A stretch of 64,000 bases of DNA from Dehalococcoidia bacterium (lineage in GTDB: Bacteria > Chloroflexota > Dehalococcoidia > Lucifugimonadales > UBA3495), in NCBI GenBank assembly GCA_965215975.1, contig OZ244136.1, positions 1,252,412 through 1,316,411 of the forward strand, given 5' to 3'. Numbering within the stretch: the stretch's first letter is position 1; the number at the start of each line of letters is the position of its first letter. The notes under the pieces were generated by a model, which saw only the letters and a program-made list of their open reading frames with translations, did not search any database and was not told the origin of the DNA. Made by a program: the position numbers and the translations under genes. Shown piece by piece: positions 19,222 through 29,327 of this stretch.

Positions 19222-21103
19222 AAATCTGGCCGGAAAGTGGCGGTGGCCGGGCGGGCGGCTATACTTGGGGCATCAAGAAATAGCGAGGAATGATAGTGCT
19301 GGGAGAGCGATCAGACCAGAGGGGCCTCTGGGAAGCGGACCGGTTGTATCTGGACCACGTGGGGCGGGACACCTTCTACGGTCTGCTGGCATCACTGCGG
19401 GGCCGGCTGTTCCGGGACGCGGATTTCGCCGAGTTCTACTGCCCGGACAACGGCCGGGACAGCGTGCCGCCCAGCCTGCTGGCGACGGCGCTGCTGCTCC
19501 AGTCCCACGACAAGGTGAGCGACGCCAAGGCCAAGGCCAGAGCTGACTTTGACCTCCGGTGGAAAGTGGCCCTGGGGATTGAGGTGGAGGACCGGCCCTT
19601 TGCCAAGAGCACGCTGCAGGTGTTCCGCGCCCAGCTGATCCTGCACGACAAGGTGCGGGAGGTGTTCGAGTCCAGCCTGCGGCTGGCCCGGGAGTCGGGC
19701 TACCTGAAAAAGCGGAGCATGCGGGTTGCGCTGGACACGACCAACATCCTGGGTCGGGGCGCGGTCAAGGACACCTGCAACCTGTTGGCCGACGGGATCG
19801 TCCAACTGCTGCGGGCGCTGGCGGCAGTGGAGAAGATCACCGTCAAAGAATGGGCCAAGGCCCAGGGATACGGGCGGTACCTTGCCTCCAGCATCAAGGG
19901 AGAGGCCGCCATCGACTGGTCGGACCGTAAAGCGCGGCAGGCGCTGCTGGCCGGGATTGTGGCGGACGCGGACCGGCTGTTGGAGTTGTCGCGGCAGGCG
20001 CAGGGGGAGTTGACCAAGGACGGTGAGGAGCGGCAGCACATCGTGACGGCGGCGGAACTGCTGGGGCAGTTGCTGCTCCAGGACGTGGAACGAGTTGAGG
20101 GCGGAGTGAGCCTCAAGGATGGAGTGAGCCGGGACCGGATGATGTCGGTGCATGATCCGGAGATGCGCCACGGCCACAAGAGCAGCAGCCGGCGCTTTGA
20201 CGGGCACAAGGCGGCGATTGTGGTGGATACCGACACCCAGCTGATCACCGCCGTGGCGGTACTGCCCGGCAACGCTCCGGACAACCTGGGGGCGCTGGAA
20301 CTGGTGGAACAGAGCGAGGCCAACACCGGTGTACCGGTGCAGGAGGCCATGGGCGACGCCGCCTATGGGGACGGAGCTACCAGGCAGACCTTCGCCGATG
20401 CGGGCCGCAAGCTGGTAGCCCGGGTGCCAGGCCGGCCCGACCGGAAGCACTTTCCCAAGGATGACTTTGTCATCGACCTGGCCGCGGGCAGTTGCACCTG
20501 TCCGGCGGGACAGGTCACCCACACCATCGTGCCAGCGGGAAAGCGGACGGATGCCGCGGGGCGGGTATACCGCTGGCAGGCCTTCCAGTTCGACGGGGCC
20601 GAATGCCGGACATGTCCACTGCGGTCCCAGTGCATCGCAGCCAAGGGCAGGAAGGGACGGCGGGTGCTGATCCATCCCCAGGAAGGCCTCCTGCAGGAGG
20701 CACGGGCGTTGCAGCAGAGCGCCGCCTACGACGAATATCGAGCGCGACGCGTGGCGGTGGAACACCGGTTGGCCCGACTGGTCCAGTTGGGCATCCGCCA
20801 GTCCCGCTATTTCGGCAGGGTCAAGACGCGATTCCAGCTGTATCTGGCGGCCACGGTGGCCAACCTGACCCTGGTGGCGGGCAAAAGCGGGCTGTCGGAC
20901 AGTGTCGGCGGCGGAGCGGAAGCCCACCGCGCCGTCCTCAGTGCCGTCCCCAGTGATGTCCAGGCTGTTTCCCACGGTGTTGTCGCCAATGCTACGGCCA
21001 TTTTCGGCGCGGTCCGGCTCGGAATACTGTGGACCGTGATTCTGCTCAAGCCGGCTTTACTGCCGAAATCCCTCTCCCCAACCAGGGCTTTTCGGCCCGG
21101 TTT
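19222..21103 (+). mobile_element. IS1182-family element B (nested)
   Basis: Imperfect IRs AAATCTGGCCGGAAAG / CTTTTCGGCCCGGTTT between CTAG 19218-19221 and 21104-21107. Confidence 0.88.
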
Positions 21104-21107
21104 CTAG
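19290..21107 (+). CDS. IS1182-family transposase, apparently intact
   Basis: GRDSVPPSLLA, ALDTT, SVHDPEMRHGHK, MGDAAYG, CTCPAG, CRTCPLRSQC, RVAVEHRL; the stop TAG is the target CTAG. Confidence 0.9.
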   Translation: MIVLGERSDQRGLWEADRLYLDHVGRDTFYGLLASLRGRLFRDADFAEFYCPDNGRDSVPPSLLATALLLQSHDKVSDAKAKARADFDLRWKVALGIEVEDRPFAKSTLQVFRAQLILHDKVREVFESSLRLARESGYLKKRSMRVALDTTNILGRGAVKDTCNLLADGIVQLLRALAAVEKITVKEWAKAQGYGRYLASSIKGEAAIDWSDRKARQALLAGIVADADRLLELSRQAQGELTKDGEERQHIVTAAELLGQLLLQDVERVEGGVSLKDGVSRDRMMSVHDPEMRHGHKSSSRRFDGHKAAIVVDTDTQLITAVAVLPGNAPDNLGALELVEQSEANTGVPVQEAMGDAAYGDGATRQTFADAGRKLVARVPGRPDRKHFPKDDFVIDLAAGSCTCPAGQVTHTIVPAGKRTDAAGRVYRWQAFQFDGAECRTCPLRSQCIAAKGRKGRRVLIHPQEGLLQEARALQQSAAYDEYRARRVAVEHRLARLVQLGIRQSRYFGRVKTRFQLYLAATVANLTLVAGKSGLSDSVGGGAEAHRAVLSAVPSDVQAVSHGVVANATAIFGAVRLGILWTVILLKPALLPKSLSPTRAFRPGF

Positions 21108-21978
21108 GGCCGCCAGTCCCTCCCGGAAGGACGGCGATATGCCGAAGGCGTCGTCCGCAGCGACCCATCCCGCCCTCAGATGACCCAGGTGCACTGCCCG
21201 CTCCAGCATCTCCAACGCCAGTTCTGTCTTCGACCGGTAGCCCTGCCTATCCTCCGGCACACCCGCCGCCGCACAACGGTCTTTGTCCGACGTCCAGCTC
21301 TCCGGCAGATACAAGCGCTTGTCCACCAACGCCCGTCCCAAGGGGCTCACGTAGGCCAGGAACATCCCCTCCTGGCAGTTGGCCACCTTGCCCAATCTGC
21401 CGCAGTACTGTCTCGCCACTCCCGCCGACTTCCGTCCCTGCTTGGGAAAGTCGCTGCCGTCCACCACCCACACCCTTTGGGATGCTCCAGCCGGGTTCCC
21501 AAGTACTCCTGCAGTCGCCCTATGACCGCGTCATCGTCCCAGGGAGAGTCGGTGAGAAACCGCTGCATACCCCGGGCGGAGTCGGGGACCGTCTCCGATA
21601 GATTCTCGGCGTTGCGCCGCTCCCCGGATTGAACCAGCAGGGCCTGCAGATAATGGCCGCTGCGCTCCCGCGTCTCCCTCCGGCCAAACAGACCAGCGAA
21701 GTAAGCGTGAAACTCCTGAAAGTCCTGGTATACCTGCTCAAAAGCTGCCGCATCCACTTCCCTGCCTCACCTGCCCAAGCCTGCCCAAACTTCCCAGTCA
21801 TCCTATCATGCCATCTGTCGTTGTAATACTAGGTGCCGGTTTTTCCGCCTCAACTCGAGTTCACATGAAAGGAAGGCATGGCCGCAAATCAGTTGAAGTT
21901 ACCTGTCGCTTTAACACCCTCCTTACCCGGATGGTGTATTATTCACCTATACCAATAAGGACGGACAGGAACGTATAT

Positions 21979-23556
21979 ATGGCTAGAGTTTTAGTATCTG
22001 ACCCCATAGCTCCGGAGGGAATTGAACTGCTGACTTCCAAGACCGACGTCAAGGTGAAGACCGGTCTTAAGCCCGAAGAACTGGTTAAAGTTATCGGCGA
22101 TTACGAAGCCCTGGTGGTGCGAAGCGAGACCAAAGTTACACCCCGGGTAATCGAGGCTGGACAAAAGCTGAAAGTTATCGCCCGGGCGGGCATCGGCGTG
22201 GATAACATTGACCTGCCCGCGGCTACCAATGCCGGCATTGCAGTGGTCAACGCGCCCATCGGCAACACCGTGGCCGCCGCCGAGCATTCGCTGGCACTGA
22301 TGCTTGCCCTGGCGCGCAACATACCCCAGGCCTACCAGTCATTGAAGCAAGGCGAGTGGCGGCGCAGCGCATTCATGGGCATTGAGGTGCGCAACAAGTA
22401 CCTGGGCATCGTCGGCCTGGGTCGCGTCGGTTCCGAAGTAGCCCGACGGGCAGCCAGTTTCGGGATGCACCTGCTGGCCTATGATCCATTTGTTGGGGCC
22501 GACTATGCCCGCCGGCTGGGCGCGGAACTGCTGCCCCTGGACGAACTGCTGGCCCAGTCCGACTTCATCACCCTGCATACGCCGCTGACACCGAATACAG
22601 CCAACCTGATCGGCGCGAGGGAGTTGGCCCTTGTTAAATCCGGGGCATACCTGATCAACGTGGCGCGCGGCGAGTTGATAGACGAAGACGCCCTGCTGGA
22701 AGCCCTGGAATCGGACCGGCTGGCCGGCGCCGCCCTGGACGTGTTTGTTCAGGAGCCGCCTCAAAACAGGAAGCTGGTCGCCCACCCCAAGGTGATGGCC
22801 ACACCCCATCTTGGGGCGTCCACCCGGGAGGCCCAGCGCGAGGTGGCCATTGAGGCGGCGGAACAGGTGCTGGCAGTGCTGGAAGGGCGACCCGCCCGCA
22901 ACACGGTCAACGCGCCCTTCATGGCCGCTGATGCCCACGAGTTGCTGTCGCCCTTTATCCCGGTTGCCACCCTGGTGGGAAAGCTGCTGACCCACCTGGC
23001 CCAGGACCAGTTTGTGGGCGTTAACATCTCCTACGAGGGGGAGATTGCCCAGCACGACACAATTATGCTCAAATCGGCAGTGCTGGCCGGAATTCTTACG
23101 CCGGTTACTTCCGAGCAGGTGAACCTGATCAACGCTCCGATGCTGGCCCAGCAGCGGGGGCTGCGGGTCACCGAGCATAAGTACTCGGAGGCGCCGGAGT
23201 ATACGAGCCTGATCACCGTGACCCTGACCACCAGCAGCGGCGAGTTCACGCTGGCGGGCACTTCCCTGCGCAACGAACCCCACATCGTCAAGGTCGACGA
23301 TTACTGGCTGGACCTGCCGCCGTCGGCGCCCTACATGCTGTTCGTTGACAACCGGGACCAGCCCGGCTCCATCGGCGCGGTGGGTACCATCGCCGGACGC
23401 CACAACATCAACATCAGTTTCATGGAAGTGGGACGCCTGAGCCTGAGAGGCCAGGCAATGATGGTTCTGGGACTGGACGATCCCGTGCCGTCCCACGTAA
23501 TGGAGGAAATCCGGGCCCTGCCCCACATCTCGGACGCGCGGTTGGTGAAACTGTAG
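21979..23556 (+). CDS. serA: D-3-phosphoglycerate dehydrogenase (ASB+ACT type)
   Basis: MARVLVSDPI, ARAGIGVDNID, GLGRVG, TPHLGAST, ACT NRDQPGSIG. Confidence 0.96.
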   Translation: MARVLVSDPIAPEGIELLTSKTDVKVKTGLKPEELVKVIGDYEALVVRSETKVTPRVIEAGQKLKVIARAGIGVDNIDLPAATNAGIAVVNAPIGNTVAAAEHSLALMLALARNIPQAYQSLKQGEWRRSAFMGIEVRNKYLGIVGLGRVGSEVARRAASFGMHLLAYDPFVGADYARRLGAELLPLDELLAQSDFITLHTPLTPNTANLIGARELALVKSGAYLINVARGELIDEDALLEALESDRLAGAALDVFVQEPPQNRKLVAHPKVMATPHLGASTREAQREVAIEAAEQVLAVLEGRPARNTVNAPFMAADAHELLSPFIPVATLVGKLLTHLAQDQFVGVNISYEGEIAQHDTIMLKSAVLAGILTPVTSEQVNLINAPMLAQQRGLRVTEHKYSEAPEYTSLITVTLTTSSGEFTLAGTSLRNEPHIVKVDDYWLDLPPSAPYMLFVDNRDQPGSIGAVGTIAGRHNINISFMEVGRLSLRGQAMMVLGLDDPVPSHVMEEIRALPHISDARLVKL

Positions 23557-23788
23557 GGGCCTCCAGCGGCTTTTGATCTACGAATAATCACGAATGGGTC
23601 CAACCTGGAAAATGTTCTGAGGTTGTGCCCATTCGTCTATTTCAGTGGTACCGTTAGTCCAGCGAATAGTTCCGGTTCCAGGCCTGTTTGCAATGGACGA
23701 AGAATACCGGGCTCGACGGGTCGGTGTGGTATTCTATAGTCGCCGGACCTGACCGGCCAAAGGTTCATAGTTTAAGGAGAAAAGCATC

Positions 23789-24838
23789 ATGGCGGAGAAG
23801 ATTGCAATTATGGGGGCAGGCGCGCTGGGCAGCTACGTGGGCGCGTATTTGACCCAGGCCGGTGAGGACGTAACCTTCATTGATATGTGGCCGGAACACG
23901 TGGATACCATGCGCTCCCAGGGCCTGCGGGCCAGCGGAAGCCAGGGTGACTTCACGGTGCCCGTCAAGGCCATGCACCTGACCGACGCCCAGGGCATCAC
24001 CGAACCTTTCGACTTTGCCTTCATATCGATGAAGTCCTACGACACCGAGTGGGCTACCCACTTCATCAAGCGGTACGTCAAGTCCGATGGCTATTTTATC
24101 TCGCTGCAAAACTGCTGGAACGACCCGACAATCGGTGAAATCGTCGGCCACGGTCGCGAGATGGGCTGCATCGCCTCCCACATCGAGGTAGCCCTTTGGG
24201 AGCCGGGCCACGTGCTTCGCGGAGGCGCCCCGGGCCGCGACCACGGCCACGTTGTCTTCCGAGTGGGCGAGCAGAACAATGTCATTACCCCCCGCAGCGA
24301 GAGCGTCGCCCAAAAGCTGGACTATATCGACGCCGCCTACGCCACCGATAACCTTCAGGGCGAGCGGTGGGCCAAGCTGTGCCAGAACGGCATGGGCAAT
24401 GCCATCTCCGCCATGACCACTCTGGGCTCCCAAGACATGGCGCAGGACGCCCGTTTCCGCATGTTTCGCATTCAACTGGCCAAGGAGGGGGCGCAGGTTG
24501 GCATTGCCCAGGGCCTGAACGTGGTGGCCATCAACGGCATACCCGCCGAAACCTGGGCCGACGCCGACAAGGGCGAGGTGTATGAGGAGCTGAACGGAAT
24601 CATGAGCCAGGCCGGTGGACGGGTTAACTGGCTGGCCTCCATGGCCCAGGATGTTCACAAGGGCCGCCACTCCGAAGTCGACTTCATGAACGGCCTGATC
24701 TGCCGCAAGGGCATTGAGACGGGCATCCCCACACCCTTCCACGATGCCATTGTTGACGCCATGCACGGCATAGACGACGGCTCCCTGAAGCCCGACCCCG
24801 CCAACGTGGACATCATTATGCGAGCCGTGGGGATGTAG
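23789..24838 (+). CDS. Ketopantoate reductase (ApbA/PanE) family protein
   Basis: IMGAGALG, SMKSYDT, SLQN, WAKL, SMAQDVHKGRHSEVDFMNG. Confidence 0.85.
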   Translation: MAEKIAIMGAGALGSYVGAYLTQAGEDVTFIDMWPEHVDTMRSQGLRASGSQGDFTVPVKAMHLTDAQGITEPFDFAFISMKSYDTEWATHFIKRYVKSDGYFISLQNCWNDPTIGEIVGHGREMGCIASHIEVALWEPGHVLRGGAPGRDHGHVVFRVGEQNNVITPRSESVAQKLDYIDAAYATDNLQGERWAKLCQNGMGNAISAMTTLGSQDMAQDARFRMFRIQLAKEGAQVGIAQGLNVVAINGIPAETWADADKGEVYEELNGIMSQAGGRVNWLASMAQDVHKGRHSEVDFMNGLICRKGIETGIPTPFHDAIVDAMHGIDDGSLKPDPANVDIIMRAVGM

Positions 24839-24853
24839 GGAACAGCGCAGACA

Positions 24854-24881
24854 GAGGCGGGATTGACGCCAATCCCGCCTC
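24854..24881. terminator. Strong hairpin after the panE-like gene
   Basis: GAGGCGGGATTG-ACGC-CAATCCCGCCTC. Confidence 0.55.
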
Positions 24882-24968
24882 TAAGATTGAATCCGCCTAA
24901 TGTCGGCTGAAGGTCGCACTCCATAGATTTGCCTTCCCCACTAGCCTCTACTAACGGAGGTAGCACCC

Positions 24969-25439
24969 ATGTTCATCAAGGTTGAACCGGCCGGGTTCTT
25001 CATGTATACGGTGCAGCTGATTTTTGATCCGGCGCGCCCTGACACGGAAGACCAGGAGGTGCGGGACTACCTTACCGACCACGAACTGGAGCCCCGCTAC
25101 CAGTATGAAATTGAAGAGGATGGACGCCCCTGCGATGTACTGCAGTTCGGTGGCTGCTACCTGGGCCGCCACTTACAGACTGTGGGTCAGATACAGCGGC
25201 ACGCGGTGGAGGTAGAGTTACTGACCGCCGAGGTGGAGACCCATTTGTCAGCCTTGGAGTTGCCTCAACTGGCAGATTCCAAGTCCGGCGACGGTGCCAC
25301 GCGGCAGGAAACGGTGGCGTCCTTAGTTTCTGAACTCCACCAGGAGTCGGCGTTCCAGGCCGACGAGAACGGGGAGTTGGAAGTTACCCTGGACCGGGAC
25401 GAGGTCAGGGCGGCGGCGTTGCGGTTGTTGGGCGGGTGA
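24969..25439 (+). CDS. Hypothetical protein
   Basis: 156-aa ORF with GGAGG RBS and host codon usage. Confidence 0.75.
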   Translation: MFIKVEPAGFFMYTVQLIFDPARPDTEDQEVRDYLTDHELEPRYQYEIEEDGRPCDVLQFGGCYLGRHLQTVGQIQRHAVEVELLTAEVETHLSALELPQLADSKSGDGATRQETVASLVSELHQESAFQADENGELEVTLDRDEVRAAALRLLGG

Positions 25440-25526
25440 CCAACTGACGGCTACCGCCTACCGCCTACCACCTGCTGCATTAGCCGACGTTCCCAGCGGC
25501 ATGACGTCCCCCAGTGCGAATATCCC

Positions 25527-25660
25527 CTAACGGCGGTAGCTGTAGCCCTTTGGGGTGCGATCGCAGTTCAGGCGGCGGTTCAGGTGCAGGCCCTCGAGGA
25601 CGAACTCTACCGCTGAGGCTTGCAGTTCCGGGGGCGGGTCGTTAGTGAGATGGGCAACTG
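25527..25660 (-). repeat. Displaced duplicate of the 3' end of the AAA ATPase gene (pairs with 26782-26915)
   Basis: About 15 differences in 134 nt by hand; both encode PELQASAVEFVLEGLHLNRRLNCDRTPKGYSYRR*. Confidence 0.9.
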
Positions 25661-25702
25661 ACTAAGAACGTCCACATTTTATGCACTACCCCTTAATGCG
25701 AC

Positions 25703-26620
25703 TTACCATTCACAACCTTCTTTGTGAAGAATGTCAATTTCATCTGGACCCAAACTGTTCACGCCTTTCGTAACGTCCCAACCAAATGATGCATTACCGC
25801 TTATGATTATCTCGTCGTAGTGGAGCGCAAAACTGCGTAGTGCTGTAAGCAATCCGTCATGAAATTCTTCAAATTCCACAGGTGGCGGCTTCCGAACCAT
25901 ATCTAGGCTTTCAATCTCCCACCAATACGGACAGACAATATCTGCGTAGTCATACCAAGCAACTCGTCTATCCTCTTGAACACCATATTCCATTATCCTG
26001 AAAGCTTCATTTACTCTTTCACGATAAGTCTGAGTCGTATGCAATTTTGTCTGCTTGCCGTTTATCGCTACCACCACCGGCATTGAAAAAGTCGGTGTCG
26101 GCACAGGTATTGGTGTGGGCGTGATAGGCACATTTAGGATTTCACGCCTTACAGGAGCTTCAAAATAAGGGACCCATATCTCAAGGGTATCTCCATTGTT
26201 ATTGAAGCTCTCTCGGTATTTCACGACATAAGCTTTACCGTTCTCAATGTACACAGAATAGGGATGAATCCAATTGTCCTGCGCCTGCCTGATAGCCTCG
26301 TCCTGATTGTCCGTTAGAGAAAACCCAGTGTAAACCTCCCCGCCTGAATATTCGAACATCAAACTAAATGCGTTTTCCTGTCCCTGGTTATAGCATTTCG
26401 CAGAACGAAGGGCTGCATCATACGGTACAGGAACGTAATCTCCATTGATGCACACGTCTGATTTGGAAACTTCCCGTCCTTGTCTCCCTATAACATGGAC
26501 ACTTCCTGACTCTTCATCAAATATAACAGTTTGAGTCTCATACGCACTTTCACACCCAACCATGCCGAGGGAAGCCAGTCCTGCCAAAACTAATGCTAGA
26601 AATATTTTGACCGCATACAT
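25703..26620 (-). CDS. Low-GC hypothetical lipoprotein
   Basis: MYAVKIFLALVLAGLASLGMVG-C lipobox-like; PT linker; AT-rich relative to flanks. Confidence 0.7.
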   Translation of the reverse strand: MYAVKIFLALVLAGLASLGMVGCESAYETQTVIFDEESGSVHVIGRQGREVSKSDVCINGDYVPVPYDAALRSAKCYNQGQENAFSLMFEYSGGEVYTGFSLTDNQDEAIRQAQDNWIHPYSVYIENGKAYVVKYRESFNNNGDTLEIWVPYFEAPVRREILNVPITPTPIPVPTPTFSMPVVVAINGKQTKLHTTQTYRERVNEAFRIMEYGVQEDRRVAWYDYADIVCPYWWEIESLDMVRKPPPVEFEEFHDGLLTALRSFALHYDEIIISGNASFGWDVTKGVNSLGPDEIDILHKEGCEW

Positions 26621-26781
26621 CGATACACTCGCGGAATAAGAACACAAAATGAAAGACAGGATCACAAAGAATTCAGAAGGGACACCCTGAAGGAAAACTA
26701 CGAGCTTGCGGAATCCTAACCAAAAGAGAAAGCAACATCAAGAAGGCTCTTGATTATCTTTAGCAAAGGTAAAGCAGCCCC

Positions 26782-28197
26782 CTACCTCCGGTAGCTGTAG
26801 CCCTTTGGGGTACGGTCGCAGTTCAGGCGGCGGTTCAGGTGCAGGCCTTCGAGGACGAACTCTACGGCTGAGGCTTGCAGTTCGGGGCGCGGGTCGTCGG
26901 TGACACGGGCCACCGCCTCGGTTAGTCCTTCCACTTCAGAGGCCATGGTCGGGTACTCGCCCGCCGGCTTTTCGCTGCCCGTCTCGGCCTGGCTGCCTAG
27001 GTCAAAGGCCGTCACCACATCGTCCAGGGCATCCACGTCAAAGTAGCGGCCGAAGACCCGCAAGACGGCCCGCTTGGTCAGGTCCTCCATCACCCGGTCC
27101 TCGCGTCCTTCCTCGAAAGTCTCCAGCTCAATTTTTCCGCCGAAGGAAGCGGAGATGTAGGGCAGGTCACTGATGCGAGGGCAGGTAACCGTGTCTCCCG
27201 CCTTGATGGCGCGGCGCACGGCGTTGCTGATCAGGGTCTCGTAGTTGGCGATGGAGACGCGGACGCTAACACCGGAGCGCTGGTTGATCTCATTGCTGGT
27301 GCGGGCCTGGGCGGTAATCTCGGCAAGGATTTCCTTTATATATTGAGGAATGACCAGGTTCTCCTCGTCAAAGAAGCGGGCGCGCTCCTGGTCCATGATG
27401 GTGATCTCTTCCTCGATATGGCGCGGGTAGTGGGTATGAATCTGGGAGCCGTAGCGGTCTTTGAGAGGAGTGACGATGCGGCCGCGGTTGGTGTAGTCCT
27501 CGGGGTTGGCGGTGGCCACTACGTACACGTCCAAGGGCAGGCGGATGCGGTAGCCCTTGATCTGGACGTCGCGCTCCTCCATCAGGTTGAAGAGGCCCAC
27601 CTGGATGCGCTCGGCGAGGTCGGGCAGTTCATTGATGGAGAAAATACCCCGGTTGGTGCGGGGCACCAGGCCGTAATGGATGGCAAGTTCGTCGGAGAGA
27701 TGGCGACCCTCGGCGACCTTGATGGGGTCGATCTCGCCAATGAGGTCGGCTATCGAGATGTCGGGAGTGGCCAGCTTCTCGGAGTAGCGGTCCTCGCGGC
27801 CGATCCAGTCAATGGCGGTATCATCGCCGGACTGGGCCACCTGGTCGCGGCAGGCCTGGCAAATGGGGTTGAATGGGTCGTCGTTAATCTCGCAGCCGGC
27901 AACCTTGGGGACGGCCTCATCCAGCAGGTTGACGAGGCTGCGGATGAGGCGGGACTTGGCCTGGCCGCGCTCACCGAGCAGGATTACATCCTGACCGGCC
28001 AGAAGGGCGTTTTCAAGCTGGGGTATGACGGTGTCCTCGAAGCCGATGATGCCGGGGAAGACGATCTCCTCGGCACGCATCTTGGCTACCAGGTTGTTGC
28101 GCATCTCCTCGCGGACGGGAAGCACCCGATAGCCGCTGTCGCGAAGATCACCGATGGTCTGGGGCCGGTTGGCGCCTGGCTGGGTAGTCGAGGTCAT
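26782..28197 (-). CDS. Magnesium-chelatase-like/MoxR-type AAA+ ATPase
   Basis: LLGERGQAKSR, RYSEKLATPD, RTNRGIFSINELPDL, TANPEDYTNRGRIVTPLKDR. Confidence 0.88.
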   Translation of the reverse strand: MTSTTQPGANRPQTIGDLRDSGYRVLPVREEMRNNLVAKMRAEEIVFPGIIGFEDTVIPQLENALLAGQDVILLGERGQAKSRLIRSLVNLLDEAVPKVAGCEINDDPFNPICQACRDQVAQSGDDTAIDWIGREDRYSEKLATPDISIADLIGEIDPIKVAEGRHLSDELAIHYGLVPRTNRGIFSINELPDLAERIQVGLFNLMEERDVQIKGYRIRLPLDVYVVATANPEDYTNRGRIVTPLKDRYGSQIHTHYPRHIEEEITIMDQERARFFDEENLVIPQYIKEILAEITAQARTSNEINQRSGVSVRVSIANYETLISNAVRRAIKAGDTVTCPRISDLPYISASFGGKIELETFEEGREDRVMEDLTKRAVLRVFGRYFDVDALDDVVTAFDLGSQAETGSEKPAGEYPTMASEVEGLTEAVARVTDDPRPELQASAVEFVLEGLHLNRRLNCDRTPKGYSYRR

Positions 28198-28298
28198 CGT
28201 ATCCCTCCGTAGTCAAATGCTATGACTGGTAGCTACAAAAGCGATAAGGCAGTATAGCACAGGGAGGGGGTGGGGTCAGGAATCCAAGGCGATGCTGA

Positions 28299-29051
28299 GC
28301 GAGGTTCCGACAGCCCTCGGTCATGGCCCTTTTTAATGAGTAAAAGGGGCGTAATTTTTTGTTTTCCCTCCATTTCCGCTCATTTCCCCCATTTCTTAAC
28401 TGCGGTTTGCCCTTACCCACGGACGAAGGACAGCAACAAGGGTTGCCTCTACGGCAGGGGTGGAACGCCCTCACCTCCGGCCCTCTCCCTGAGGTAGCGG
28501 GGAGAGGGGCGAGGTTCCGACAGCCCTTGGCCACGGCCCTTTTTAATGCGTAAGCGGGGCATAATTTTTTTGTTTTCCCTCCATTCCCGCTCATTTTCCC
28601 CCATTTCTTATCTGCGGTTTGCCCTTACCCACGAGCGAAGGACAGCCACAAGGGTTGCCTCTACGGCAGGGGTGGAACGGCCCTCACCCCCCGGCCCTCT
28701 CCCTGAGATAGAGGAGCGAGGAGCGAGGTTCCTACAGCCTTCGGCCACGGCCGTTTTTAATGCGTAAGCGGGGCGTAATTTTTTTTGTTTTCCCTCCATT
28801 TCCGCTCATTTTCCCCCATTTTTTATCTGCGGTTTGCCCTTACCCACGAGCGAAGGACAGCCACAAGGGTTGCCTCTATGGCAGGGGTGGAACGCCCTTA
28901 CCCCCGGCCTCTTTCCCTGATGGATAGGAGAGAGGAGCGAGGTTCCTACAGTCCTCGGCCCCGGCCCTTTTTAAAGAGCAAGCGGGGCATATTTTTTTGT
29001 TTTCCCTCCATTTCCGCTCATTTCCCCCCATTTCTTATCTGCGGTTTGCCC
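28299..29051. repeat. Tandem array of about 3.5 x 210-214-bp composite units
   Basis: Units start GCGAGGTTCC at 28299, 28509, 28723, 28937. Confidence 0.92.
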
Positions 29052-29327
29052 CAAACCCTACGGTAGGAAGGAAGGGCCAAGGTTTTTGTTTTCGCGCCAT
29101 TTTGGCCCGTTTTAACCTGTTCTTTGTTAAAACGGCAGGGCGTCAATCGGCAAGCTCAGGAAGGGCGGGTCGGGGAAGGAGACGATTGCAGGGTGCCGCG
29201 AGATTATGTTAGGGATGGGTCATCCAAGGTGGCAAGAGGTGGGTGTCAGTGGTTGTTTATCCACTAAGGGGCACGAATTTTCACTAATGGGGTGACAGAG
29301 GGAAGTGGGCCTGGCTTAAGGTTGTTT

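Larger units (their letters stand above)
17026..21828 (-). mobile_element. IS701 copy 2 (outer), split at an internal CTAG into 17026-17760 and 21104-21828
   Basis: IRs at 17026 and 21813-21828, CTAG duplications 17022-17025 and 21829-21832; halves rejoin as GLAALG-MRYVLD; extra 1-bp deletion near 21475. Confidence 0.92.

Noticed and set aside
21808..21978. N-terminal extensions of serA, tuf (39023), ssb (6968), mshA (13528) and DUF433 (34610) in the ORF track
   Set aside because: They run through an IS end, a tRNA or upstream genes; conserved N-termini and RBS point to later starts
28299..29051. CRISPR array or c-di-GMP riboswitch array (GGGCAAACC on the minus strand)
   Set aside because: Units are ~213 bp with no unique spacers and no cas genes; the GACGCAAA and second stem of GEMM-I are absent
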